Shown here: piece by piece, positions 45,299-56,263 of the stretch
Numbering within the stretch: position 1 is the first letter of the stretch
Layout of the letters: each line of letters begins with the position of its first letter
Assembly (NCBI GenBank): GCA_963663475.2
Contig: CAXXJV010000001.1
Span: 2,432,001-2,496,000, forward strand
From: Candidatus Cloacimonadales bacterium
GTDB taxonomy: Bacteria > Cloacimonadota > Cloacimonadia > Cloacimonadales > JAFGVF01
Length of the DNA: 64,000 nucleotides
Reading direction: 5' to 3'
Translations under genes and position numbers: made by a program
The notes under the pieces: generated by a model
Told to the model about the DNA's origin: nothing
Seen by the model: only the letters and a program-made list of their open reading frames with translations
The model's database searches: none

Positions 45299-46371
45299 TA
45301 TTTTTCCTTTTCCATAGTTTCAATTATTGAGTTAACGATAGTATCAACTGCATTTATGTGAACACAATTAGCAAATCTTGATTTATAGTCATTAATATTA
45401 TCACTCAGCTTATCTATTTCTCTGATTAGAGTTTTAACGTCAAGATTATTTTGTTCTAAAATTACAGCTATTTTTTTTGATCTTTGTTCTACAGCATTCT
45501 TATACTGGTGATTCTCAGCTGCACTAGGTAACGGAATCAAGATAGCGGGTATTTTCTTTGCTTCGAGTTCTGCTATAGTAATAGCTCCTGACCTACATAT
45601 AGCAATATCTGCTATGTTATAAAGAGCATCAATATCATAAGAAAATCCAAACATGAATAAGCCTGGTTTACCCTGATGAATTCCTTGAAAATGATCTAAA
45701 TTATTTACTCCCATCTGCCAGATAACATTATATCTTTTTAATAAATCATCAAGAGCTAGATTAAGTAAGTTGTTTAAGACTTGGGAACCTTGACTACCTC
45801 CAATTAAAAAGATAGTTTTCTTGTTTTTGTCAAAACTGTATTCTCCCATATTTGCTAGACGATTAGACTCCACAAGCTTTTTATTGATAGGGTTTCCACT
45901 ATAAATTATCCGTTCATTCTTTAAATACTTTTTCGCATCTGTTTGACCAATAAATATTGCTTTAGCTTGCAGGTCTAAAGCTCTTGTTGTTAAGCCTGGA
46001 TAAGAATTTTGTTCCTGTAGGAAATAAGCAATTTTCCTTCCTCGAGCAACAAAACCAGAAGGTCCACTAACAAAACCACCACAACCTATGTAAGCATCTG
46101 GTTTGTATCTTTTAAAAATTTTCTTTACTTTAGTTATACTATTAAAGAGTTTAAACGGAAAAAGAAGGTGTTTAATAGTAAAATTACGGTAGAGTTTTTG
46201 CACGTTTATAGCTTCAAAATCGATATTCTTCTTTCCAATAATCTTCTCTTCCATAGAATTTTTATTGCCAACAAATAAAACTTCATGTCCTCTAGATATA
46301 AGTTCTTCAGAAATACTTAGTGCTGGCATAATATGACCACCTGTTCCACCTGCTGAGATAATAAACTTCAT
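45298..46371 (-). CDS. murG: Lipid II GlcNAc transferase MurG
   Basis: GGTGGHI, EQNSYPG, GGSQGS, RSGA, HQYKNA. Confidence 0.95.
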   Translation of the reverse strand: MKFIISAGGTGGHIMPALSISEELISRGHEVLFVGNKNSMEEKIIGKKNIDFEAINVQKLYRNFTIKHLLFPFKLFNSITKVKKIFKRYKPDAYIGCGGFVSGPSGFVARGRKIAYFLQEQNSYPGLTTRALDLQAKAIFIGQTDAKKYLKNERIIYSGNPINKKLVESNRLANMGEYSFDKNKKTIFLIGGSQGSQVLNNLLNLALDDLLKRYNVIWQMGVNNLDHFQGIHQGKPGLFMFGFSYDIDALYNIADIAICRSGAITIAELEAKKIPAILIPLPSAAENHQYKNAVEQRSKKIAVILEQNNLDVKTLIREIDKLSDNINDYKSRFANCVHINAVDTIVNSIIETMEKEK

Positions 46372-47504
46372 TTTGCTAATCCTTCTCTTGCTAAAATATT
46401 TAGTACTATTGCCAAGGAAAATGAATCCATTAAAAAAGCAGATCCACCATAAGAGATGAATGGTAAAGATACACCTGTGGAAGGAAGTGTTGATATTGCA
46501 ACACCTATATTTACAATAACCGTTATGATAAAATTAAGACTTAGGCCTAAAGCAAAATATCTGCGATACAAATCTTTAACCTTTATAGACTGCATAAACA
46601 ATCTAAAAAAGAGTGCAAAGAATATTGCTACAATTATTGAAGAGATAATAAAACCATATTCCTCGCCAATAAAAGAGAATATATAATCTGTATTTGCTTC
46701 TGGTACGAATTTTCTGGCAGCAGAACCAAAATCTGATTTTGTACCCCAGAGTCCTCCTGCTGATAATGCTCCTAAACTTTCCACTATCTGGCGTTCTCTA
46801 TCGGCACTAACTTCAACTTGCTTTCTATTAGGATTTAACAACAAGTATTTTGAATATACCTTGAGTCTCTTGAATCTGTAGCTTTGACCAAACATGAATA
46901 TTCCTGAAACTAGAATAATACCAATCAAGATTGTAGAAATGATAATTTTTAGGTTCAGGTTAGCTAGAAAGAGCATAACAAACAAAGCAGCAGACGTAAT
47001 AAGGATAATACTCAAGTGGGGTTCTTTGAGGATCAAGACTAGAGAAGTTAGATAAAATCCAATGAATATTATAGATTTTTTAGCAAAGACTTTTAACTGA
47101 TTATTCTCAATTAAATCATGGTGCTTAGCTATATAAATTGCAAGTGAGCTAATAATTATAATTCTGGTATAATAACTTGGTTGAAAAGAAAAGAAAAATA
47201 AGTCCAGTGCTCTTTTTGCTCCTAGAATCTCTTTTCCATACTTTAAAACAGCTAATAAAAGACCTGTAGAAAGAATATAATGCCAGTATTCATATTTTTT
47301 AAAGATATCTATATTTCCCCTTCTAACAAAAACTATTAGAAGTATCATAGACATTGGAGCAAAGACAAAGCCTTGCTTTTTAAGAGAACTTAAACTATTT
47401 GCCTTAGAATAATACATTAAAGTAACGAAACCAATAAAGGTTAAGATAATATATAAAATTAAGGCATACTTATCTAGTTTCTTATATTTATAATCATTAT
47501 TCAT
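46368..47504 (-). CDS. ftsW: SEDS family peptidoglycan polymerase FtsW
   Basis: FQPS, PEANTDYIFSFIGEEYG, GVSLPFISYGGS; dcw position. Confidence 0.9.
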   Translation of the reverse strand: MNNDYKYKKLDKYALILYIILTFIGFVTLMYYSKANSLSSLKKQGFVFAPMSMILLIVFVRRGNIDIFKKYEYWHYILSTGLLLAVLKYGKEILGAKRALDLFFFSFQPSYYTRIIIISSLAIYIAKHHDLIENNQLKVFAKKSIIFIGFYLTSLVLILKEPHLSIILITSAALFVMLFLANLNLKIIISTILIGIILVSGIFMFGQSYRFKRLKVYSKYLLLNPNRKQVEVSADRERQIVESLGALSAGGLWGTKSDFGSAARKFVPEANTDYIFSFIGEEYGFIISSIIVAIFFALFFRLFMQSIKVKDLYRRYFALGLSLNFIITVIVNIGVAISTLPSTGVSLPFISYGGSAFLMDSFSLAIVLNILAREGLAK

Positions 47505-48825
47505 GGTTAGCCAAACTCTTTACTATTTCTTTAAAAGTTGCTCCTCGGTGCTCATAGTTTTTAAATGAATCATAACTAGCACAAGCAGGAGAAAGCAAGA
47601 TTATATCACCTTTAGTAGATTCATGGTAAGCTTTCTTAACTGCATCTTTTAAATCTTGACAGGACTCAATTGAAGGAAAGGAATTAAACTGCTTAAGCAT
47701 TTTATCTTTTGTTTCACCAATAAGATAAATTTTCTTAGCATAAATATCTAGATGTTCTAAGAGAATAGAGAAATCTTCACCTTTGTCAGAACCACCCATA
47801 ATAATTCTTACTCTCTGTTTGAAAGCACTTAGGGCATATTTCACAGAATCAGTGTTAGTTGCTTTAGAATCATTTACAAAGGTTACACCATTAATATCTG
47901 CGACATACTCCAGACGATGAGATAGTCCCTTGAAAGTTGAAAAAGCCTTTTGAACTTCTTCATTATCCAATTTTATACCTAGATTTTCCAAAACTAACAT
48001 TGTTGCCATGATATTTAAGATATTATGTTCTCCTTTTAGTGAAGTCTTATTCATATCAATCTTTAATCTTGGCGTATGAAGAAAAGAATCTAGTTTTTTA
48101 ACTTGACTGTCAGCTTTTAAACTAAAAGATTTAATTATAGCAGGGATTAAATTTACAAAATTCATGATTTGTGTATCATTATCATAAATTATTGCAATAT
48201 CATCTTTTCTTTGTTTTTTAAAGATATTAAATTTTGCTAAAGCATAAGCATCAAATGAATCGTAGCGATTTAAATGATCAGGAGTAATATTCAATAAAAC
48301 TGCAATTTCTGGTCTAAATGTATCTACTAATTCTAGCTGGAAACTACTTAATTCAAGTATTATATATTCATAGGCATATTTTTCTATCGGCAAACTAGTG
48401 AAGGCTATGCCGATGTTACCTCCCAAGGCTACTTTAATATTCAACTCATTAAGAATATGGTAAATTAGTGAAACAGTAGTACTCTTACCATTGGAACCTG
48501 TTACGGCTATGACCTTTGTTGCAGGGTGCTTAATTCTAAAACCAAACTCTATTTCGCTTATTAGCTCATTACCATTTTCCTTCAACTTCTTAATGATTGG
48601 AACATTAAGTGGGATTCCTGGAGAAACTATTACCTGAGGATAATCAAGAATTTTATCTGAATGACCACCACATTCATAGTCTAATCCTCGTAAATCACCT
48701 TCGTTAATATCACAATCTTCAATACTTTTATATTCTGAAATAAATACGTCATAGCCTAATTCTTTAGCTTTTTTTGCTGCAGAAATTCCTGAGCGAGCAA
48801 GTCCTAAAACTCCGATTTTTTTCAT
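47497..48825 (-). CDS. murD: UDP-MurNAc-L-Ala--D-glutamate ligase
   Basis: TGSNGKST, ELSSFQL, NDSKATN, LLSPACAS. Confidence 0.97.
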   Translation of the reverse strand: MKKIGVLGLARSGISAAKKAKELGYDVFISEYKSIEDCDINEGDLRGLDYECGGHSDKILDYPQVIVSPGIPLNVPIIKKLKENGNELISEIEFGFRIKHPATKVIAVTGSNGKSTTVSLIYHILNELNIKVALGGNIGIAFTSLPIEKYAYEYIILELSSFQLELVDTFRPEIAVLLNITPDHLNRYDSFDAYALAKFNIFKKQRKDDIAIIYDNDTQIMNFVNLIPAIIKSFSLKADSQVKKLDSFLHTPRLKIDMNKTSLKGEHNILNIMATMLVLENLGIKLDNEEVQKAFSTFKGLSHRLEYVADINGVTFVNDSKATNTDSVKYALSAFKQRVRIIMGGSDKGEDFSILLEHLDIYAKKIYLIGETKDKMLKQFNSFPSIESCQDLKDAVKKAYHESTKGDIILLSPACASYDSFKNYEHRGATFKEIVKSLANHE

Positions 48826-48833
48826 AAGATAAC

Positions 48834-49934
48834 CTACCTAAGTTTAATTGTGCTTAAACCGATAACTAATAATAAGATTGTTATAATCCAAAATCTTACA
48901 ACTATTTTAGATTCAGCAAAGCCTTGCAGTTCATAATGATGATGTAAAGGAGCCATCTTAAATATCCTCTTACCTACACCAAATTTACTTTTTGTATATT
49001 TAAAATATCTGACTTGAATAATAACAGACATAGCTTCAGCAATAAATACAAAACCAACAATTGCTAAAAATATCTGTTCTCTTAGAAGAATTGATAACAT
49101 AGCTAATATTCCACCTAGTGGAAGAGAACCAGTATCACCCATAAATATATCTGCAGGCCTACAGTTATACCATAGAAAACCTATTAAAGTACCAACTAGG
49201 GCAGCAATAAAGACAGTTAGTTCACCTGCTTTAGGTATATATACTAAATTAAGATAATCTGCATGATTAATATTACCTTTTAAATATGACATAACACCCA
49301 GACCAAAGGCAACAATTGCACATATTCCTTCTGCTAAGCCATCAAGTCCATTAGTTAAGTTAACAGCATTTGAGGTTCCCACCACGATGAAGATAACGAT
49401 CGGAATAAAAGCAATTCCTAAATAAATAGCAGTATGCTTCAGGAAAGGAAGGTCAATATATGCTAAATATTCAATATCATTACTAAAGTATAAAAACATA
49501 GCAATCATTAAGGAAACACTTACTTGTCCTAAAAGTTTATACCTAGGAATTAAGCCTTTGCTAGAGATAGCAAAATTCTTAAGATAATCATCTACAAAAC
49601 CAAAAATCCCTAACCAAACTGTTGTTAAATACATCATCCAGATATAGGAATTATCCCACCTACTCCACAAGAGTGAAGACCCTAAGAGTCCTATAAGAAT
49701 AATTAAACCTCCCATGGTAGGAGTGCCTTGTTTGGCATGATGTCTATCAGGCATATCCTCATCAATTGTTTCAACTGCTAAGTGGCTTTTTAGGATTTTG
49801 ATGATAGCTGGACCAAAGAGGTAGCTAAAGATCAAAGCTGTTATAAAGGCACCAGCTGATCTAAAAGTGACATAGGTAAAAACCCTAAGCGGGTTGAAAA
49901 TTTCAATATACTGACTAAATAGATGATATAACAC
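48834..49934 (-). CDS. mraY: Phospho-N-acetylmuramoyl-pentapeptide transferase
   Basis: GTPTMGG, DDYLK, NAVNLTNGLDGLA, FMGDTGS, MAPLHHHYE. Confidence 0.97.
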   Translation of the reverse strand: MLYHLFSQYIEIFNPLRVFTYVTFRSAGAFITALIFSYLFGPAIIKILKSHLAVETIDEDMPDRHHAKQGTPTMGGLIILIGLLGSSLLWSRWDNSYIWMMYLTTVWLGIFGFVDDYLKNFAISSKGLIPRYKLLGQVSVSLMIAMFLYFSNDIEYLAYIDLPFLKHTAIYLGIAFIPIVIFIVVGTSNAVNLTNGLDGLAEGICAIVAFGLGVMSYLKGNINHADYLNLVYIPKAGELTVFIAALVGTLIGFLWYNCRPADIFMGDTGSLPLGGILAMLSILLREQIFLAIVGFVFIAEAMSVIIQVRYFKYTKSKFGVGKRIFKMAPLHHHYELQGFAESKIVVRFWIITILLLVIGLSTIKLR

Positions 49935-52762
49935 TATACAATCTCCAATAATTTTTCTAGATGAATACCGTGAGAACCCTTTATCAGAATAACTCCTTTT
50001 GAAAGTTCTTTAATAATTTCAGAGTTAATCAGATCACTAACACTTGCAAAATGAGCATGACCTTCATATAACTTTGCTAATTTACCAACAGTATAAACTT
50101 TGATATTTGTCAAATCTTTCAACATATTTTTTATTTCTGAGTGTAATTTACTTTCCTTCTCTCCTAGTTCTAGCATATCTCCCAAGATAGCTATATGTGG
50201 CATATGCGGCTGATAATTTGCCCAAAAGTCTATTGCTGCTTTCATAGATTTAGGATTAGCATTATAGCAATCAGCTATGATTATTTTATCTTTTCTAGTA
50301 ATAATGTTCATTCTATTATTGCTTTTAATTTCCTTCTTTAATGCAAAAACAATATCATTAATATTGATATCCAGTAGTCTAGCTAATGATATTGCAAAGG
50401 CATAATTCAAGGCAAAATAAGGAATAATATTGTTTATCTCATAATGGGAATTATTAATTTGAAGGGTCATACTATGTGGACCTAAGTCAACAATTTTATA
50501 TACGAAGCTATTATCATTATTCTGTCCAACTGAATATGCTAAATTTCTATACTCTTCTGATTTAAATTCAGAGAAGAGGATATTATCACCTGGGAAAAGA
50601 AAGGTCTTGAGCTTTCTTCTGAACAAAGCAGTTTTTTCTTTATAAACTCCTTCTAGTGATCCTAATTTTTCTAAATGAGCAGAATCTACCGATGTTATTA
50701 AGGCATAATCTGGTTCAATAATATCACTTAAATAACCGATTTCTCCAAAATTGTTTGTTCCAATTTCAAATACAGCAATATCATCTGAGGCTTTTACTCT
50801 AAAAATAGTTCTGGGAAGGCCAATATAATTGTTTTCATTTCCCAAAGTTTTGAGTAGAGAGTGATTTTGCTCTAAAATACTAGTAATTATTTCCTTAGTT
50901 GTGGTTTTACCTGTACTGCCTGTGATAGCAACTTTCTTTATATTAAAGAGTTTTAGGAATCTTTTAGCTAAAAAACCATAGAATTGAAGTGCATCTGTTA
51001 CTTGTAAATGATACTTTGAAGGATGCCTAATCTCACCTACAGTAAAATATTTTCCAGGAGAACCATGAATAGCGTCTATAAAATTATTACCATCAAAATT
51101 CTCACCTTTTATAGCTATAAAGAGAGATTCTTCTTTAATCTGTCTTGAATCAGTGGATATGTAATTAATTATCATATTAGGATAATTATCATACAAGCTT
51201 TTGTCAGAGAGACCTTCAAATTTTAATTTTAAATCTAAAAGGTTAATTGCATCATAAGGAATTGCTAGTTTATCGGAATTATCTTCAGCTGAATAGCCTT
51301 TAATTATATTGGCATCAGAAAATGGGTATTTTTGACCTTTTATTTCTTGATAATTCTCATGACCTTTTCCAAGAATGATCACAATATCATCTTTTTGTCC
51401 TAAAGTAAGAGCCGATTCAATAGCAATTTTACGATCTCTAATAATAAAGTAATTTTCTGCTTCTAAATCTAAAACCATATCAGCTATTATTTGATTATTA
51501 TCTTCCCATCGAGGATTATCATCGGTAAAAATAGCTAGATTAGATAACTTAGTTGCTATTTTAGCCATTAAACTTCTCTTACTTTTATCTCTATCACCAC
51601 CGCATCCAAGTACGACTATAAGTCTCTTGTGATCTGTTTTTCTAAGTGTACTTAGTACTTGCTCTATAGCGTCAGGAGTATGAGCATAATCAATGAAAAC
51701 TTTACTTTTAGCTGAGCAATCAATCGGTTCTAATCTCCCACTGGTACGTCTGAGTTCCTTAAGAATATCCTTTTTGAAGATTAATTTAGGGAAAAGTTGC
51801 CTACATATTGTTAAGGCCAATAAAAGATTATAGACATTAAAATCGCCAATGTAATTACTTTCAATATCTTCTTTAAGATTTCCATAGTTTAGAGTAAATT
51901 TGGTAAAGTCTGAATTATTCTCTATGTTTGAAGCATAAACATCACTTTGTGGATTTAAACCATAAGCTACTTTTTTACTAATGAAATTATTGTAGTATTT
52001 CTTTCCGTATTCATCATCAGTATTTATAACTGCAATAGCATCTTGTTTTTCAGCTGTATCAAAAAGAATTTTCTTGGCCAAATAATAATTTTCAAAAGTT
52101 GTATGGAAGTCTAAATGGTCTTGGGTAAGATTAGTAAAGCCTACTACATCAAATTCTTGGCCAAATACTCTATCTAAGACAAGAGAATGAGAAGATACCT
52201 CCATTACAACAACCTGACATGCTTGATCAACCATCAGAGCTAATATTCTATTTAGATCAGAAAGATCTGGAGTTGTCCTACTTAAGGGAATCATCTCTCC
52301 CCCATATGAATAACCTAAAGTACCTATTATTCCGCACTTAACACCTAGTTTGTTTAAGACATCAAAAATGATAGTAGAGGTTGTAGTTTTCCCATTGGTG
52401 CCTGTTATTCCAATTAACTTAAGTTTTTTTGAAGGATTTCCATAGATCTCAGCAGCAATTAAAGCTCCTGCTTTTCGTGAATTTTTTACTAGAATAGAAT
52501 TTGCATTCACTGATATATCCTTTGCATGGATGATAAGATTTGCTCCAGCCTGAATTGCCTTATCAATGTAATCATGTCCATCTTGTTCTAATCCTTCTAT
52601 AGCAACAAAGGCAGCTAGCTGGCAGACCTGCCTAGAATCAATAGTAATATCATTTATAATTAATTGATCATTTTCAATATTTGAATTAATAAAAAGCTTT
52701 TCATTTTTTAAAATCTGAATAATCTTTTTGGTATTTAATTTCATTATTTCTCCTAGTGGCAC
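49934..52762 (-). CDS. murEF: Bifunctional MurE-MurF fusion ligase (likely start MKLNTKK at 52744)
   Basis: N-half: GTNGKTT, TQDHLDFH, DYAHTPD, DNPR, GKGHE (MurE). C-half: STDSR, TGSTGKTTTKE, DCYNANP, LGDMLELG, KGSHG (MurF). One continuous 942-codon frame. Confidence 0.93.
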   Translation of the reverse strand: MPLGEIMKLNTKKIIQILKNEKLFINSNIENDQLIINDITIDSRQVCQLAAFVAIEGLEQDGHDYIDKAIQAGANLIIHAKDISVNANSILVKNSRKAGALIAAEIYGNPSKKLKLIGITGTNGKTTTSTIIFDVLNKLGVKCGIIGTLGYSYGGEMIPLSRTTPDLSDLNRILALMVDQACQVVVMEVSSHSLVLDRVFGQEFDVVGFTNLTQDHLDFHTTFENYYLAKKILFDTAEKQDAIAVINTDDEYGKKYYNNFISKKVAYGLNPQSDVYASNIENNSDFTKFTLNYGNLKEDIESNYIGDFNVYNLLLALTICRQLFPKLIFKKDILKELRRTSGRLEPIDCSAKSKVFIDYAHTPDAIEQVLSTLRKTDHKRLIVVLGCGGDRDKSKRSLMAKIATKLSNLAIFTDDNPRWEDNNQIIADMVLDLEAENYFIIRDRKIAIESALTLGQKDDIVIILGKGHENYQEIKGQKYPFSDANIIKGYSAEDNSDKLAIPYDAINLLDLKLKFEGLSDKSLYDNYPNMIINYISTDSRQIKEESLFIAIKGENFDGNNFIDAIHGSPGKYFTVGEIRHPSKYHLQVTDALQFYGFLAKRFLKLFNIKKVAITGSTGKTTTKEIITSILEQNHSLLKTLGNENNYIGLPRTIFRVKASDDIAVFEIGTNNFGEIGYLSDIIEPDYALITSVDSAHLEKLGSLEGVYKEKTALFRRKLKTFLFPGDNILFSEFKSEEYRNLAYSVGQNNDNSFVYKIVDLGPHSMTLQINNSHYEINNIIPYFALNYAFAISLARLLDININDIVFALKKEIKSNNRMNIITRKDKIIIADCYNANPKSMKAAIDFWANYQPHMPHIAILGDMLELGEKESKLHSEIKNMLKDLTNIKVYTVGKLAKLYEGHAHFASVSDLINSEIIKELSKGVILIKGSHGIHLEKLLEIV

Positions 52763-54939
52763 TTAATTGTAAGTTTCATATTATCAGTAATTTCTGTGCC
52801 TGGTGCCAGACTTTGATGATAAATAATTCCCTTCCCCCTGGCATCTACTTTAATATTTTTGGAAATACAAAACTCTAATGCTTTTCTTAATGTTGAATTT
52901 CTAAAATCAGGTAAGACATTACTATCTACATTGGTTGCAATAGTACTATAAAATAGAACTTTATTTCTTTCTTTTCTAAACATTACCCCAGGTTCAGGGT
53001 ATTGATGATTAACTATAGCATCCATATTGCTTTTATTGGTCAGGTAATTGACATCTAGATTACTAATTATTTTCTCTGCCTCTTCAATTGTTAATCCATT
53101 TAGATCTGGCATTACTAGCATATCACTATTTTTTACCTGGTAATCAAACTTCATTACTCCCTTCTCGGAAGCTAAGAGTCTTTCATAGACTGCTTCAAAA
53201 GTAGGTAAGGCTGAAGTTGCAGCGAATCTATACTTCCTAGCTGGTTTATCAAAAGTAACTACAATAACATATTTTGGGTCATCTTTGGGTAAGTAACCTA
53301 CAAATGTAGATGTATATTCCCACTTATTTGTACCACGAGTCTTTGCCGATTTAACCTCAGCAGTACCAGTTTTCCCAGCTAAACCCAGTAACTCATTATT
53401 GAAATATTTTCCAGTACCGTATTCGAAAACTTTTCCTAAGTAATTTTTTACTGTATCAACAGAAGTCTTTTTAGCAATTCTTCTGGAAACTTGTCTTTCA
53501 GAAGCATTTACTAGATTACCTTTACTATCAGTAATCATCTTAATTATTCTAGGAACTAATAGCTCTCCCCCATTAGCTATAGCACAATAGGCATTTGCTA
53601 GCTGTAATTGAGTTACACCAATTTCTTGACCAAAAGCTATTGAATGTAAAGAAAACTGTGACCATTGATAGATAGGACTTATCTGGCCTTTAGCCAAGCC
53701 ATATAATTTTGTAGATACTGTTCTTCCAAAACCAGTTTTTCTTAAGAGCTGATAGAATTTTTCTTGCCCCAGCATTTCAGCAATTTTGGCTGAACCAACA
53801 TTGGAAGAATAGGCAATTATTTCTTCTCCTCGTAAGGGATAGTCTAAAGGATGATCATCGACTATCTTACGTTCTTGATTCTTCTTTTGACCTGTATAAT
53901 CTGGGTAATATGTTCTACAATCAATCCCTACATTAGGGTCATAAACTCCACTATCAATTGCTCCTAGCATGGTAAATGGCTTAAAAGTAGAACCAGGTTC
54001 AAATTGGTAACTTACAGGAAAATTGCTTGAAGACCTCAATAGTGCAGGATCTTTACCAATATCATCTTTTTCAAATCCTGCCATAACTATAATCTCTCCT
54101 GTAGAAGGATCCATTACTGTACACATTCCTACCTTAGCCTCATATTCTATAATCTTTTCTTGCAATATTTTTTCAACTTCAAATTGCATTTCGCTATCTA
54201 TAGTTAAATATATATTATAACCATCGACTACTTCTTTACTCTGTAATCCTATAGCAGGAATATTATTCCCATGAGCGTCTTTGATTACCTCTTTCCAGCC
54301 AAATTTTCCACTCAGCTCTTCATTAAAAGAAGCCTCTATCCCTGTTTCACCTTCTATGGAGTATTTAGATTTATTTATTCTTGTATTAGATATTGTTTCT
54401 CTACTTTCTGTTACATGTCCTATGAGTCTTGAGGCAACGTGTTCCGACATGTATTTTCTTTTATAACCAATGAATTCTGTAATATAGCCTGGAATTTTAT
54501 TTCTATTAAAAGATTCTATTAGCTTATCTAATAACATTTCATTTAAATTATAGAATAAAATCGGACTTTTAGAATTTAATCTGTTTATTAATGTCCTATA
54601 ATTTTCACCAGTTATATTTGAACTTAGCTTAGCAATTTTTTCTTTAACTTCTTGCAAAGTTCTACCATCATCATCATTTCTTAGCAAATATTTCTCAATT
54701 GCTGTTAAATCTATATCTACTTGATAAAACTTCTCTGTGGTTACCAACAATTCATTCTTTCTATCATAGATTGAACCCCTGATCGGGTTAATGAATTCTT
54801 TGACTGGACTATTTCTTCTCAATCTAAGATGTTTTAAATTATAAACATCCTTAACTTGAATCAAAAATAGCTGTACTATCCATAGTACAGCTACTAAAAA
54901 TAATATAAATAATATGAAATTGTATCTTCTGCCAGCCAT
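52753..54939 (-). CDS. ftsI: Class B penicillin-binding protein FtsI with C-terminal PASTA domains
   Basis: RGSIYDR, EPGSTFK (SxxK), SSN, KTGT, two PASTA-like MPDL/LPDF repeats. Confidence 0.92.
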   Translation of the reverse strand: MAGRRYNFILFILFLVAVLWIVQLFLIQVKDVYNLKHLRLRRNSPVKEFINPIRGSIYDRKNELLVTTEKFYQVDIDLTAIEKYLLRNDDDGRTLQEVKEKIAKLSSNITGENYRTLINRLNSKSPILFYNLNEMLLDKLIESFNRNKIPGYITEFIGYKRKYMSEHVASRLIGHVTESRETISNTRINKSKYSIEGETGIEASFNEELSGKFGWKEVIKDAHGNNIPAIGLQSKEVVDGYNIYLTIDSEMQFEVEKILQEKIIEYEAKVGMCTVMDPSTGEIIVMAGFEKDDIGKDPALLRSSSNFPVSYQFEPGSTFKPFTMLGAIDSGVYDPNVGIDCRTYYPDYTGQKKNQERKIVDDHPLDYPLRGEEIIAYSSNVGSAKIAEMLGQEKFYQLLRKTGFGRTVSTKLYGLAKGQISPIYQWSQFSLHSIAFGQEIGVTQLQLANAYCAIANGGELLVPRIIKMITDSKGNLVNASERQVSRRIAKKTSVDTVKNYLGKVFEYGTGKYFNNELLGLAGKTGTAEVKSAKTRGTNKWEYTSTFVGYLPKDDPKYVIVVTFDKPARKYRFAATSALPTFEAVYERLLASEKGVMKFDYQVKNSDMLVMPDLNGLTIEEAEKIISNLDVNYLTNKSNMDAIVNHQYPEPGVMFRKERNKVLFYSTIATNVDSNVLPDFRNSTLRKALEFCISKNIKVDARGKGIIYHQSLAPGTEITDNMKLTIKCH

Positions 54940-54948
54940 CTTAGGATA

Positions 54949-55317
54949 CTAATATGAATATATAGGTTTAAGTTCATCTGCACTCAATGTTGATGAAAAT
55001 AGGTCTAGTATTACAGTAAATGTTACGTTTTTCTCATTGGTTATGACTTTACTATAAGTTACAAGAGATGAATCATCATTAGGTTCTATAAAACCAAATC
55101 TGTCTGTCGCTACTCTCTTGATATATAATCCTGACTTATAATAAGATAAATCTGATTTCTTGCTAGTATAGGTAGTTACTTTTTTATTGTACAGTCTTTC
55201 ATATTTTATAGCTTCTTTACTGTACTTCACACTATAATAGTTTAATATTCCAGTAGCTAGAATATACATTGAAATAATTACAGCAAGTGTAATAATAATT
55301 TTAATAATATTTTTCAT
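54949..55317 (-). CDS. FtsL-like cell division protein
   Basis: Small single-TM protein between rsmH and ftsI, with 'IKRVATDRFGFIEP'. Confidence 0.6.
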   Translation of the reverse strand: MKNIIKIIITLAVIISMYILATGILNYYSVKYSKEAIKYERLYNKKVTTYTSKKSDLSYYKSGLYIKRVATDRFGFIEPNDDSSLVTYSKVITNEKNVTFTVILDLFSSTLSADELKPIYSY

Positions 55318-55336
55318 CCCAACTCCTTAAGATGTT

Positions 55337-56263
55337 TTAAAGTTTTTCGGCCACTCTTAGCTTAGCACTACGTGCCCTACTATTATTGCTAAGTTCTTCA
55401 TTATCAGCGACTATTGGCTTTCTAGTTAAAATACTGAGTGTTGATTTTTTTCCACAAATACATATTGGAAAATGGGGTGGACATGTACAATTTAGAGATT
55501 CATATTTCATAAAATCTTTCACTATCTTATCCTCTAAACTGTGATAAGATTCGACAACTAATCTACCACCTGGATTTAGTATATTTAAGGCATCTTTTAA
55601 GACTGAACTTAATACTTCCATTTCGCAATTAACTTCAATTCTCAAAGCTTGATATAGACGAGAAAGCATCTTTGTTAGGAACTTTGGATTAATTTTGAAG
55701 TTATCTTCTATCAGCTTGTTTAAATCACTCGATGTTCTTATTGGCCTTTTTGCTCTTTGGCTTACAATTAAGGTTGCAATTTTTCGGGCAGACTTCTCTT
55801 CCCCATAATCTCTGATAATTTTGGTTAATCCATCTAAATCATAAGTATTAATAATTACTTCAGCTGTTAAATCTCTACTTTTATCCATTCTCATATCTAA
55901 AGGAGAATCTTGAGAAAAAGTGAATCCTCGTTCTGCTTCATCGATCTGAAATGAAGAAACTCCTAAATCAAAAAGTATTCCATCAACCCTGTTCACTTCC
56001 TCGAAAGAAAGTCTGGTTCGCATATTTACAAAATTATCTTGAATAATATTGACTCTTTTGCCAAACTTTTCTAATCTTTTACTAGCAAAAGCTATAGCAT
56101 CTGGATCTTGATCAAAGGCATATAATATCGCACTATCATTGGCCTCTAGGATAGATTGTGAATGTCCTCCACCTCCCATTGTACCATCAACTATAATAGA
56201 ATTATCTCGGATATTTAATGCTTCAATGCACTGCTTTAACATAACTGGCTTATGATACATCAT
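55337..56263 (-). CDS. rsmH: 16S rRNA m4C1402 methyltransferase
   Basis: HKPVM, DGTMGGGGHS, DLGVSSFQ, PLDMRMD, YHSLED, RARSAKLR. Confidence 0.97.
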   Translation of the reverse strand: MMYHKPVMLKQCIEALNIRDNSIIVDGTMGGGGHSQSILEANDSAILYAFDQDPDAIAFASKRLEKFGKRVNIIQDNFVNMRTRLSFEEVNRVDGILFDLGVSSFQIDEAERGFTFSQDSPLDMRMDKSRDLTAEVIINTYDLDGLTKIIRDYGEEKSARKIATLIVSQRAKRPIRTSSDLNKLIEDNFKINPKFLTKMLSRLYQALRIEVNCEMEVLSSVLKDALNILNPGGRLVVESYHSLEDKIVKDFMKYESLNCTCPPHFPICICGKKSTLSILTRKPIVADNEELSNNSRARSAKLRVAEKL

